Below are positions 10,110 to 19,353 of a stretch of 49,183 bases of DNA, one piece after another. Position 1 is the first letter of the stretch; the number at the start of each line of letters is the position of its first letter. The stretch is from Verrucomicrobiales bacterium (GTDB lineage Bacteria; Verrucomicrobiota; Verrucomicrobiia; Verrucomicrobiales; V1-33), in contig JANOAV010000167.1 in NCBI GenBank assembly GCA_031411295.1, positions 1 to 49,183 on the forward strand, in the 5' to 3' direction. The notes beneath the pieces were generated by a model, which made no database searches, was not told the origin of the DNA, and saw only the letters and a list, made by a program, of their open reading frames with translations. The translations under genes and the position numbers were made by a program.

Positions 10110-11584
10110 AAATCCGCCTTCCCATCTGGGCTAAAATTACTGCACTTTTCCTGACTAATGTCGTGGTTCTTACGGTCCTGCTAGCATGGATCGCACGACA
10201 GCAGTGGGGCATCGCAGCGCTGCCATCGTTCCGCTCAGACAAGCTCGAGCAAGTGGGCGAGGAATTGTTTCGCAAGTTGGAAGCATTGCCAGTGAGTGCT
10301 TGGGATCCTTTGCTGGAAGAAGCATCGCGAACACACGGCATTACGTTTTACCTCTATGGGCAGAATGGTGCTCGGTTGGCTGGGCCAGCGGATTTCCTAC
10401 CCGGCAACGTGCACAGCGAAATCACAGGTGGAGCCAATGGCCGCCGCCGTCCGCCTCCCAAACGCGATACGTTTGCACCCAACGATGGACCTCCCGGCCC
10501 CAAACCGGAACCATCTCCAGATGAGGCGACGGAAGCTAGCAGCAACGTCAGCATCAATCCACGTCCTATTCTGAGCGCCACGGATGGCTATTGGTCCTTT
10601 ACCCGAGGCTCCTTGCAGCACGCCCAAGGAACTCGCAGCGTGGCCTTAATTACCCGCTCCACGTCACCCACGGGCAACGGATTTTACACGAACACTGGCG
10701 GTTTTTATTGGCTTTGCGCAGGCATGCTCGGAGTCAGTGTGCTAGTTTGGTTACCCTTCATTCACTCGGCCACGCGCTGCGTTCGCAAGATGCAGGGGGC
10801 CGCCAGCAAGCTAGCCCAAGGGGATTTTACAGCTCGAGTGGAAACGAAGCGCAGCGATGAACTCGGAGCCTTGGGCCGCAGCGTCAACCACATGGCCGAC
10901 CAGATAGGCAGTCTAGTGGACGGGCAGAAGCGCCTGCTAGGCGACATCGCCCACGAACTCAGTTCTCCCATCGCGCGGATGCAAGCCATCCTCGGCATTC
11001 TCGAAAGCGCAGAGGCAAACGATGGCACTGACAAGCGAGAGAAATATACCGCGCGCTTGGCGAACGAGTTGCAGCAAATGGGAACGTTGGTGCAGGAACT
11101 GCTCTCCTTGTCCAAAGCCAGCCTCCGTCGCAGCATCGAACTCCGCCCCGTGCGCCTGCGCCAACAAATCGAGCGTTGCCTCGAACGCGAGAAACACAAT
11201 GGCGAGACCATCGATCTCCAAGTCTCCGACGATCTCTCCGTCCTAGGCGATCCCGAACTCCTAGCCCGCGCCATCAGCAATATCCTGCGCAACGCCATCC
11301 GGTATGCCGGCCACGCCGGCCCCATCACGATTAAAGCAACGAGCAGCGAGACTGAAACAATCCTAACTATCCAAGATCAAGGCCCCGGAGTCCCGGAAAC
11401 ATCACTCCCCCGCCTCTTCGACGCGTTCTACCGACCCGATACCGCCCGCACCCGTGAAACTGGCGGCCACGGCCTTGGCCTTGCCATCGTCAAAACTTGC
11501 ATCGAAGCCATCCACGGCACCGTGCATGCCAAAAACCTGCCCCAAGGAGGATTGATGATCGAGGTCGTTCTCTCGGTGGCGTAA
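10106..11584 (+). CDS. HAMP-domain sensor histidine kinase
   Basis: Two TM segments, HAMP (DELGALGRSVNHMA), H-box DIAHELSSP, N-box NILRNAIRY, DQGPG and GHGLGLAI. ATGA overlap with the regulator. Confidence 0.93.
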   Translation: MKIRLPIWAKITALFLTNVVVLTVLLAWIARQQWGIAALPSFRSDKLEQVGEELFRKLEALPVSAWDPLLEEASRTHGITFYLYGQNGARLAGPADFLPGNVHSEITGGANGRRRPPPKRDTFAPNDGPPGPKPEPSPDEATEASSNVSINPRPILSATDGYWSFTRGSLQHAQGTRSVALITRSTSPTGNGFYTNTGGFYWLCAGMLGVSVLVWLPFIHSATRCVRKMQGAASKLAQGDFTARVETKRSDELGALGRSVNHMADQIGSLVDGQKRLLGDIAHELSSPIARMQAILGILESAEANDGTDKREKYTARLANELQQMGTLVQELLSLSKASLRRSIELRPVRLRQQIERCLEREKHNGETIDLQVSDDLSVLGDPELLARAISNILRNAIRYAGHAGPITIKATSSETETILTIQDQGPGVPETSLPRLFDAFYRPDTARTRETGGHGLGLAIVKTCIEAIHGTVHAKNLPQGGLMIEVVLSVA

Positions 11585-11899
11585 CGAGGCGCATGCACAT
11601 GACGCACCGAATCAGCCCTGATGAAATTTCGGGATGATGGTGATTAACGGCTGCAGCAATCCCCAGTCGATAAACATTACGAGGAGAGAATGGAGACCGA
11701 TGAGGCCACCAGCAAAAGACAAGCGGTGGAGCGAGGCTGTGCCCGAGCCAGTCGTGAGACAAAGCACCCAGATTCTAGAGGATATCCTAGCGATGTTCGA
11801 TCTGCGCAAGGAGGCAAAGAGGAAGTTGTGCGAACTTGGGAATTCACCCTGTCGGAAGCTCGGACTCTAGCAGGGCGGCTTTCTGTGGGATAAACACTC

Positions 11900-13096
11900 C
11901 TATCGTGCCGCCGGTGGCGCCACGGCGGCGGCTTTCTCTAGCATCTTCCGTAAGTCCTTATCCGCTTCCAGAAACGCAGCGTTGAGCGCCTGATTCTGAC
12001 TCACATAATCCTGCCGCAGGTATTCTTGAGTGATGGCGTAGCGATTGGCCACCACTTCTAGATCCGCAGGAGTCAGCGCTTTGCGATTAACCAGTCCGTC
12101 TTCATTGAGGTCTTCAATGAGATTTCGCTTTTGATCCGGGAGCAGGCTCTGATCCAGCACGGCCTTGTGGAATAGTTGCAACGCCGGGCCGCTGGTTCCC
12201 ACGTAAGCCAGGGCCACGCGGGCAAGCGACTCTTTGCCCTCTGGAGTTTGCACGCGGGGATCCTCATAGAGACGGGCGGCCAGAGCCACGCTTTGGGGCC
12301 CGAGAGTTTGCTCCAAATAGCGTAATGCACCTCGATCCACGCTGCCATCTTGCTGCACTAACTGGGCCTCCGCCGTGCCAACATAAGAGGTGTCGCCAAA
12401 GCGTTTTAAGATTCCGAGGTAGAAGTCGCGATCATTTCCCGTGGCTGACTCCAAGCGCATCTTAGCCGCTGCCAAGGCTACAGCGCGATGTTTCCCGGGA
12501 GCCATTTCCTCGATCATTTGCGTGAGGAATGCCAGTTCCAGACCGGTTTGACTGGCGCTAAGTGCCTCCACCAGGGCTGCTTCAGAAGCCTCACCACCGA
12601 TTTGCCGCAGGACATCAAACAAGGCGAAGCGGAGGGAATACGGCATCAACGCGTCGGCCAGTTGCTTGAGATCACGCGGCGGTTTGGTGGCAACTGAATA
12701 AAGCACGTCTTGCCCGCTGGCGAGAAATTCGCTGATCGGCGCTGGCGCAGCAGCGTTGGCATCCGTGAGTTGCTCCAGAAGGGCCAGCACAGGCCGTTGA
12801 CTCCGTGGACGACTGGGATCCACGGTCGTTTTGGCTAACTGCTCCAACAACTGTTGCGGGCTCAGCGCACCCTTGGCAGTTGCCTTGGAATCACCCGTGG
12901 CCGCAGGTGCTGCCTGCACCGACTGGCTGCCCCGAGCACGAGCCAAAGCAGCTTTCAGCACAGCCTTGTCGTTTTCCAAAGTGGCCAAGGCCTCATTGGT
13001 CTGGCTCGCGCGGTGGGAATCAATTCGATTCGCTATGACACCAGCTAAGCCTAGGCCGGCAGCAAACGCGAGGATGATGGGAAGCGGTTTTTTCAT
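11900..13096 (-). CDS. hypothetical protein: N-terminal membrane anchor, coiled coil and helical (HEAT-like) body
   Basis: 398 aa ORF starting MKKPLPIILAFAAGLGLAG, with Ala/Leu-rich helical composition. Confidence 0.75.
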   Translation of the reverse strand: MKKPLPIILAFAAGLGLAGVIANRIDSHRASQTNEALATLENDKAVLKAALARARGSQSVQAAPAATGDSKATAKGALSPQQLLEQLAKTTVDPSRPRSQRPVLALLEQLTDANAAAPAPISEFLASGQDVLYSVATKPPRDLKQLADALMPYSLRFALFDVLRQIGGEASEAALVEALSASQTGLELAFLTQMIEEMAPGKHRAVALAAAKMRLESATGNDRDFYLGILKRFGDTSYVGTAEAQLVQQDGSVDRGALRYLEQTLGPQSVALAARLYEDPRVQTPEGKESLARVALAYVGTSGPALQLFHKAVLDQSLLPDQKRNLIEDLNEDGLVNRKALTPADLEVVANRYAITQEYLRQDYVSQNQALNAAFLEADKDLRKMLEKAAAVAPPAAR

Positions 13097-13148
13097 GCTG
13101 CCACTTTACGCGGTTTGGCTTTGTGAAGTCAATCAAATGTCGCACCTT

Positions 13149-16100
13149 CTAATCAACGAAGGTGAACTCGTTCAAATTAAAAATAACTCGGCAGGCATTC
13201 GGCAGGCCGTGCTGCTGAGCGAAGAGGGTGAGCTGAGTCCTTTCCTGCGGAGTAGCGCTGCGGCCAGTTGCCAGACGAAATGCTAGTTCGATTTGCTTTC
13301 CCGCATCATCCCCAGCTTCGGCTTTCAAGCGTTCGGCAAAGTGGGTGGCTTGCACGAGCATGAAACCATTGTTTAACAGCGACAATGCCTGCGATGGAGA
13401 AACGCTTTCGTTCCGTTTCTCCACCCGCATGGAGGGATCTGCGCAATCCAGCACAGTCATGAATGGCTGTGGCTGGGAGCGCACCAGAAAACGAAACACC
13501 GCACGTCGCCACGTGGCAGGATCATTCGGGTCTGCCAGATCGTATTGATAGTGTGGAGAGTGCTCGGGACGCTCAACGACGAAGTCTTTCCAGCTAGGGC
13601 CGCCGGCTTTTAGATCCAATTTGCCGCTGACAGCCAACACGGAATCACGCACGGCTTCGGCCTCCAGTTTGCGACGGTTCATGCGCCACAGCAGGGAGTT
13701 TCCACTGTCGATGGCTTCGGCCTGAGGATTGCTGGTAGAGGAACTCTGGCGATACGCTGCACTGGTGACGATAAGCTTGTGGAGCTTTTTCAATGAGCCT
13801 CCGAGGTCGTCGCGAAACGTTACGGCCAGCCAGTCCAAAAGTTCCGGGTGGGTCGGCACTGCGCCCATGCGACCGAAGTCATTGGCGGTGGTGACGAGAC
13901 CGTTTCCAAAATGATAGAGCCACACGCGATTCACAATGCTGCGGTAGGTGAGAGGGTTGCGTTTGTCGGTGATCCATTGCGCCAGGGCAGCCCGGCGGGC
14001 GCCTTCAGGGACGTCGGCAGGGATTATAAAATGGGCGGGCAGTAGATCATCGACTGCGGCTAGCGAGGCGGGCTGCATCTCAGCGCGGGGCATAGTCACT
14101 TGACCTCGGGCCAGCAGATGGATTCTGCGTGGCGTGCCGTTGGTGCCTTTGAAATTTCCACCACCACTATGCACCGTTCCTGCATAGACAACTTGCATGG
14201 GCGGGAGTTTGGCGAGGTCCTTTCTGGTGGCTTCCAGAGCTTCGGTATTGGCCTTGCGGGCAGCCTTGGTGGGCTCGTCCAGGGCTTTGCCAATGAGTGC
14301 ATCCCGCTGCTGACGCAACGCTGCCAGCTTCTCCCCACCGCCCGTGGCCGCAGGGTAAATTCCATCTGTCAGGTTCTGGCGCGTCCAGCGGACGGGGGCT
14401 TCGATGCTGTCTATGCTGGTGACTTTCGCCCCCATGGCGACGTTTTTTCCCGTGGTGTCAAAAACCTGCAATTCTGACAGCGCAACAATGTAGTCCTTCT
14501 GGCGCGGCGCCAGTTTGGTGACGGTCACGCGCATGTAGCGGCCGCTCTTTCCCTTGGCGGGAAAGCTTTGCGGAGCGGTGCCGGGGTTGGGGAAATCCTC
14601 CAGATCCTGCGCTGCAATCACCACCGGCTCACCAGTGAAATTTGCGTTCTCGCTGGCTTCAATGCGGAAGCGCACCGGAAAGCCGAAGCCTGCTCCGATG
14701 CCGTTAAAATCGTCCCACACCCCAGCCAGCACCACATGATCCAGCGCCATGGTTTGCCCCAAATCTATCTGCACCCACTTGCGAGTTTCCTGGGCCTTTT
14801 CGATCTGGCTATGCCAGCCGTATTCCGGCCGCACCCCTTGGGAGGCTGCTTTTTCGGATTCTTTGATTTGCTTTTCCAACACGGCCAATTCAGGACCTGC
14901 TGCTTTGGCCAATTGCTCGGCAAAGGCTTTTTCCTTTCCTTCGAACTCACTCGTTCGCGCAGTTAGGGTGCTGCGTTCGGCTCTAAGCTTTGGATCAACG
15001 TCGTAACGCTTGTCCGCCCGATCCACTGCGGCAAACACCGCCTGCAGGGAATAGTAATCTTCCTGCGTGATGGGATCGAACTTGTGATCATGGCATTGGG
15101 CGCATTGCACGGTCACGCTGGTAAATGAACCCATGGCATTGGCCACCATGTCATCCCGATCCAGATGGCGGGCGATCTTACCGTCGATTTTCTCCTCCGG
15201 CACCTCCGCATGGCCAATCAAATCCCACGGACCTGCGGAAATGAAGCCCAATGCCTCGATGCCATCTTGAGTATCAGGAAACAACACATCGCCCGCCAAC
15301 TGTTCCTGCACGAAGCGGGCGTAGGGCTTGTCCTCATTGAACGCCCGAATTACATAATCCCGGTAGGGCCACGCATTGGGGCGGGGCTGGTCCTTGTCAT
15401 AGCCATGCGTTTCTCCAAAATGCACCACATCCAGCCAGTGGCGTGCCCAACGCTCACCATAGCGAGGACTGGCTAGGAGTTTATCTACCAAGGCCTCATA
15501 GGCCATATAGGGCCCATGGGACTTATAGGTCCTATTTGATTCTTTCACGAAAGCCTCCACCTCATCGGGCGATGGCGGCAGGCCGGTGAGATCAAAGCAA
15601 ACCCGCCGGATCAGCGTGCGGGCATCTGCTGCCGTAGCCATGGTTAGGCCGTTTTCCTTGAGCTTCGCTGAAATGAAGCCGTCGATGGGATTGTCGTGTC
15701 CGGCAGGAACCGCTGGTTTGGCAATCGGCTTCAATGACCACCAGTCTTTCTTGTCGACCAGTTTGACGCTCGCTTCATCCGGCCAGACAGCGCCATCATC
15801 GATCCACCTGCGCAACATTCCGATCTGCTCCGGCTTGAGCGGCGGATCCTTTGGCGGCATTTGCATTTCCTCATCCAAGCCAGCCACGAAATGAATCAGC
15901 GGACTCTGCGCGCTTTTTCGGGGAACGATGTTCGGCGCATGATTCTCGCCCTTTGTCAGAGCGATTGATTTCACATCCAGCCGATATTCACCCTTCTGCT
16001 TTTCCGGGCCGTGACATTTCACGCAAGCATCAGCAAGGATCGGCTGAACATCCCTGACAAAATCCACTGGCTTGCCCGCTGCGGGCGGGAGCGAGGAAAC

Positions 16101-16163
16101 GTCAACAGCAGCAGCGCAGGCGACTGTTGTGATGATAGTTAGGATGGAAGGGACACGAATCAT
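13149..16163 (-). CDS. DUF1549/DUF1553 planctomycete cytochrome c protein (PSCyt1-PSCyt2-discoidin-PSD1)
   Basis: CVKCHG, YGERWARHWLD, CAQCHDHKFDPI, F5/8-like insert WVQIDLG...GRYMRV, and PTHPELLDWLA. ATG 16163 preferred. Confidence 0.92.
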   Translation of the reverse strand: MIRVPSILTIITTVACAAAVDVSSLPPAAGKPVDFVRDVQPILADACVKCHGPEKQKGEYRLDVKSIALTKGENHAPNIVPRKSAQSPLIHFVAGLDEEMQMPPKDPPLKPEQIGMLRRWIDDGAVWPDEASVKLVDKKDWWSLKPIAKPAVPAGHDNPIDGFISAKLKENGLTMATAADARTLIRRVCFDLTGLPPSPDEVEAFVKESNRTYKSHGPYMAYEALVDKLLASPRYGERWARHWLDVVHFGETHGYDKDQPRPNAWPYRDYVIRAFNEDKPYARFVQEQLAGDVLFPDTQDGIEALGFISAGPWDLIGHAEVPEEKIDGKIARHLDRDDMVANAMGSFTSVTVQCAQCHDHKFDPITQEDYYSLQAVFAAVDRADKRYDVDPKLRAERSTLTARTSEFEGKEKAFAEQLAKAAGPELAVLEKQIKESEKAASQGVRPEYGWHSQIEKAQETRKWVQIDLGQTMALDHVVLAGVWDDFNGIGAGFGFPVRFRIEASENANFTGEPVVIAAQDLEDFPNPGTAPQSFPAKGKSGRYMRVTVTKLAPRQKDYIVALSELQVFDTTGKNVAMGAKVTSIDSIEAPVRWTRQNLTDGIYPAATGGGEKLAALRQQRDALIGKALDEPTKAARKANTEALEATRKDLAKLPPMQVVYAGTVHSGGGNFKGTNGTPRRIHLLARGQVTMPRAEMQPASLAAVDDLLPAHFIIPADVPEGARRAALAQWITDKRNPLTYRSIVNRVWLYHFGNGLVTTANDFGRMGAVPTHPELLDWLAVTFRDDLGGSLKKLHKLIVTSAAYRQSSSTSNPQAEAIDSGNSLLWRMNRRKLEAEAVRDSVLAVSGKLDLKAGGPSWKDFVVERPEHSPHYQYDLADPNDPATWRRAVFRFLVRSQPQPFMTVLDCADPSMRVEKRNESVSPSQALSLLNNGFMLVQATHFAERLKAEAGDDAGKQIELAFRLATGRSATPQERTQLTLFAQQHGLPNACRVIFNLNEFTFVD
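15498..15535. repeat. degenerate 9-bp tandem repeat inside a CDS
   Basis: ATAGGCCAT ATAGGGCCC ATGGGACTT ATAGGTCCT AT, encoding roughly NRTYKSHGPYMAY on the minus strand. Confidence 0.7.
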
Positions 16164-16234
16164 TTGTATGTAGCTTAGGACTTCCAGGGGGCTAAGACAA
16201 TTCCCATCATCGTGTGAAACAAGCCGCACAGCCC

Positions 16235-17497
16235 TCAATATTTCGGGAAGATGGCCGGACTGGGGTAGCGCTCGTCCAGGTTGGCGGAGCCATCGTTGAG
16301 GTATTCCTCCCGCGGGACTGTGACTTGGGGCCAGTTGTCAGGGCGGACACGCACCGTTCGGCCGGGGCGGATGCCTTCGATGACGAGGTCGGTTTCAAAT
16401 CGGACCTGAATGCCGCTGCTGCCAAGAGGGGTTGGGTCGGGCAGTTTGATGATATCTAGGATGGAGCCGCGTGAGGCCATGTGGGCGGGGCCGTAGCCGC
16501 CGTGGGTATGCTTCAAGGTTTCTGCGACGGCGTTCATCATGGCTGGACTGTCTTTTTTGAAATCGGCATAGAGCGAGGCGTCCATGCCGCCAAACAAAGT
16601 TGCGGTCACGGTGGCACGGCCAAATTTGCCATACTCAACGGTATCGATCCAAGCGGGCATCCAGCGGCTGCGGATGAAGGCCTTGTGGGTCTCGGTTTGG
16701 TTCAGCGCAGCGCGTTGCATGGCTGCATCATCCAGCCAGATGTCGGAGATGTGAAAGCGCGTGAAGACGCCATCTGGTGTGGGTTTCCAGGTGAGGCCGA
16801 GCAGGACGGGTTGGCCGTCGAGGGATTTCTTCCCGTCAGCAGGCCACGCGCCTTCGGTGATGAGTTCGTCGATGCTGAGGCATTCACGACCGCGCCAGAT
16901 GCGGGTGGCGGCATCGAAGGTCAACTTTTCCTCGGCGGCCTTTCCGTCTCCACCTTGCTTTGGTTCTACGGTGGCGATGATCATTCCCTGGCGATTCTTG
17001 AGGTCCACTTCTTTGAGTTTCCAGACCAATCCTTCCCGCTGGCAATGGCTGGGCTCGTCTTCAAGGAGGAGAACGTGGTTCTCGGCGGGGGCGATGCCGG
17101 CACCACGATTATGGTTCGCGTCCAGCTTCTTGTTATCCACTGGCAAGACTGGCACGGCGGAGATTTTTGGGTCGGGCGGAAGAAAGGCCCGGACGTGCAA
17201 CACAGTGCCAAGCGGAATGTCCCGGAGATCCGCCGGTGCGTTGTGATAACGCACGATGCCATAAGGCAGCAGGGCGAATGGATGCGGGTCGTTGCGGAAA
17301 AACATGCCGGAGGCCTGCACGCGTATGCTGCCACGGCGGTTCGCGTGGTCCACGAAGATGAGTTCACCCCGGTAGGAGAGTGCTTTTTCCAACGGAGGGA
17401 ATTTGCCCACTTCAGGTCGGAAGACTTCTTCCTCGGCACGTGTCGAGCACAAACCAAGCACGAAGAACAAAGAACCAAGAACAAGGAACTTTTTCAT
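16235..17497 (-). CDS. secreted hypothetical protein, translationally coupled to DUF1552
   Basis: 420 aa with signal peptide [25 protein letters not shown] overlap with the DUF1552 stop. Confidence 0.8.
   Translation of the reverse strand: MKKFLVLGSLFFVLGLCSTRAEEEVFRPEVGKFPPLEKALSYRGELIFVDHANRRGSIRVQASGMFFRNDPHPFALLPYGIVRYHNAPADLRDIPLGTVLHVRAFLPPDPKISAVPVLPVDNKKLDANHNRGAGIAPAENHVLLLEDEPSHCQREGLVWKLKEVDLKNRQGMIIATVEPKQGGDGKAAEEKLTFDAATRIWRGRECLSIDELITEGAWPADGKKSLDGQPVLLGLTWKPTPDGVFTRFHISDIWLDDAAMQRAALNQTETHKAFIRSRWMPAWIDTVEYGKFGRATVTATLFGGMDASLYADFKKDSPAMMNAVAETLKHTHGGYGPAHMASRGSILDIIKLPDPTPLGSSGIQVRFETDLVIEGIRPGRTVRVRPDNWPQVTVPREEYLNDGSANLDERYPSPAIFPKY
17455..17489 (+). repeat. heptamer array D (NAAGAAC x5)
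   Basis: CAAGCAC GAAGAAC AAAGAAC CAAGAAC AAGGAAC, lying in the signal-peptide codons of the 16235-17497 gene. Confidence 0.85.
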
Positions 17498-18867
17498 AGT
17501 GTGATCACCTTGTTGCTGTCGCCAAACTTATCCGTCTCCACGCCCATGCGCTGGGCCATGAGGAGCAGTAGATTGCTCATGTGGGCGTCCGAGTTCGCAG
17601 GGCGGCTGCAGAGTTGATAGTGCTCGGTGGTGAGCGCTCCGTCCGCGCCAACTGCGTAGCCTTTGAATCCTTCGGCCGATTTGTTGAGATCGAGATGGCT
17701 GCCGTGCTTTAGGCCAAGGTCTGAGCCGCCAGCAAGCACCAGGGGGAGATTGGCATTGCCATGGCTGTGGCCGTAGGACATTCCGCTGCCGAAGAGTGCC
17801 ATCGTGGAGCCCAGGAGCGGTTGGCCACCGAGGTCCTTGGTCTCAGCGAGCCGTGTTAGGAAATAGCTGAACTGATCAATGGCAAAGGCATCGTAATTGG
17901 TGAGTTTCTCCATGTAACCGGCATCGCCTCCGTGGTGGCTGAGTTGGTGACGCGACTCGGTAATCCCGATTTCAGGGATGGCGATGGCATCTCCCTCGCC
18001 CCCCAAGCTGAAGGTGGCCACGCGGGTCACGTCCGTCTGGAAGGCAAGCACCATGAGGTCATAGACGCTGCGGAAATAGTCGCCTGCCTTAGTGGCGGCT
18101 ATGTCGCGGCTGGTGAGATTGCGATCAGCGTCGGAGATGGCGGGCAGCGGGGTGTCCAGCCATGTGTCGGCCCGGCGCGTGCGGATCTCCGCCTCTCGGA
18201 CGGAGGTGAGGTATTGTTCGAGGCGGCCTTTGTCCTCCGCTCCCATATTTTTTTCAAGCTGACGCACTTCTGCCAGATTGGCATCCAGCACACTGCCTTT
18301 ACGCCGCAAGGCCCGTCGTTGGGCTGTTTTCCCACCCTTTGGTTCTTCGAACAATGAGGCGAAGATCTCGCTGCACCGACGCATTGCGGGGAGCCTCACG
18401 CCATCTGCAGTCCATGCCAGGGAATCCTGGGTGATGGCGACTTCCATCGATGGGTAACGCGTGTGCTGTGCCGTGATTTCGGCCATCTTCTGGTCCACGG
18501 AGATGGTGTTGCGATCAGATGGGCCGAGTTTCCCGCCAGTGAGCCAGACATTGATGCAGTTGTGATGATGGCTGAGCGCTCCTGGATGGTGCAGTCCACT
18601 GATCGGGGTGATGACTTCACGGTGTTTCTCCAGCGGCTTCAAGGAGCGGGAGAACTGGTAATCTTTGCCATCCTTCGTGATCTGATAGTTCAACGAATGA
18701 ACACCATTAGCCAGGTAGATGAAGGCGCTACGTTTTGGCGCGGCGGTGGCGTTTTCTGCTGCGCGGAGCGGGATCATGCATTCAAGCATGGGTAATGAGA
18801 TGAAGCTGCCAAGGGCACGGAGGGCGTGGCGACGATTGATGAGCCAGGATTGGGATAAATAGTTCAT
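17494..18867 (-). CDS. DUF1552 family protein (copy 1)
   Basis: Tat-like [47 protein letters not shown] and FGDS. ATG 18867 preferred. Confidence 0.9.
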   Translation of the reverse strand: MNYLSQSWLINRRHALRALGSFISLPMLECMIPLRAAENATAAPKRSAFIYLANGVHSLNYQITKDGKDYQFSRSLKPLEKHREVITPISGLHHPGALSHHHNCINVWLTGGKLGPSDRNTISVDQKMAEITAQHTRYPSMEVAITQDSLAWTADGVRLPAMRRCSEIFASLFEEPKGGKTAQRRALRRKGSVLDANLAEVRQLEKNMGAEDKGRLEQYLTSVREAEIRTRRADTWLDTPLPAISDADRNLTSRDIAATKAGDYFRSVYDLMVLAFQTDVTRVATFSLGGEGDAIAIPEIGITESRHQLSHHGGDAGYMEKLTNYDAFAIDQFSYFLTRLAETKDLGGQPLLGSTMALFGSGMSYGHSHGNANLPLVLAGGSDLGLKHGSHLDLNKSAEGFKGYAVGADGALTTEHYQLCSRPANSDAHMSNLLLLMAQRMGVETDKFGDSNKVITL

Positions 18868-18868
18868 G

Positions 18869-18892
18869 GTTCTTGGTTCCTTGTTCTTTGTT
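18869..18892 (-). repeat. heptamer array C
   Basis: Minus strand reads AAC AAAGAAC AAGGAAC CAAGAAC C ATG, directly before the DUF1552 start. Confidence 0.85.
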
Positions 18893-18901
18893 AGAAACGG
18901 T

Positions 18902-19270
18902 TCAGCGGGGATTAGTAAGGAGATAGCGGATGAATCCGCCGACTTTGGCGTGGGTGAGTGCGGCTTGTTTGTAGATGGAATCAAACTCCACTTGGGTGAT
19001 GTAGGCTTGATCCAGCGCTACGTAGAGCTGGCTCTGAACCTCCGAGCATGAACGCTGGGAGTAGCGCAGAAACTTGACAAACTCAGCGTTGCTCCCACCA
19101 TCGAATCCTTCTGCGATATTGTGCATGACCGAGCTTGCCGCTCGAGTGATCTGATCCCGCAGTCCGAAGTCCTTCGCAAACGCTCCGCGCATGGCCACAG
19201 CATAGACTTGCCGCGTCAGCTCCCGAGCCAACTGCCAGCCTTCAATATCTTCAAAGCGTGTTATTTTCAT
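18902..19270 (-). CDS. four helix bundle protein (23S rRNA IVS protein / Avd-like family)
   Basis: [18 protein letters not shown]...[23 protein letters not shown]...[25 protein letters not shown] is the characteristic family signature. 122 aa from ATG 19270. Confidence 0.93.
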   Translation of the reverse strand: MKITRFEDIEGWQLARELTRQVYAVAMRGAFAKDFGLRDQITRAASSVMHNIAEGFDGGSNAEFVKFLRYSQRSCSEVQSQLYVALDQAYITQVEFDSIYKQAALTHAKVGGFIRYLLTNPR

Positions 19271-19347
19271 GTTCTTAGTTCTTAGTTCGTGGTTATTGGT
19301 TGGCTTGCTGCTGGATAACGAAGAACCAACAACAAAGAACCAAGAAC
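19271..19347. repeat. inverted pair of heptamer arrays B and A (imperfect hairpin)
   Basis: 19271-19301 GTTCTTA GTTCTTA GTTCGTG GTTATTG GTT and 19313-19347 GGATAAC GAAGAAC CAACAAC AAAGAAC CAAGAAC. Confidence 0.85.
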
Positions 19348-19353
19348 TTTCTC

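Noticed and set aside
11634..11870. 78 aa ORF between the kinase and the 398 aa gene
   Set aside because: No recognisable motif and several competing short frames, so it cannot be supported as a gene.
16481..17617. Long antisense ORFs (378 aa here; also 34028-34945 and 38506-39468)
   Set aside because: They are shadows of well-supported genes on the opposite strand in GC-rich DNA.
18902..19270. Diversity-generating retroelement or rRNA intervening sequence
   Set aside because: The protein is Avd/IVS-like, but no reverse transcriptase, template/variable repeat pair or rRNA sequence is visible in the window.
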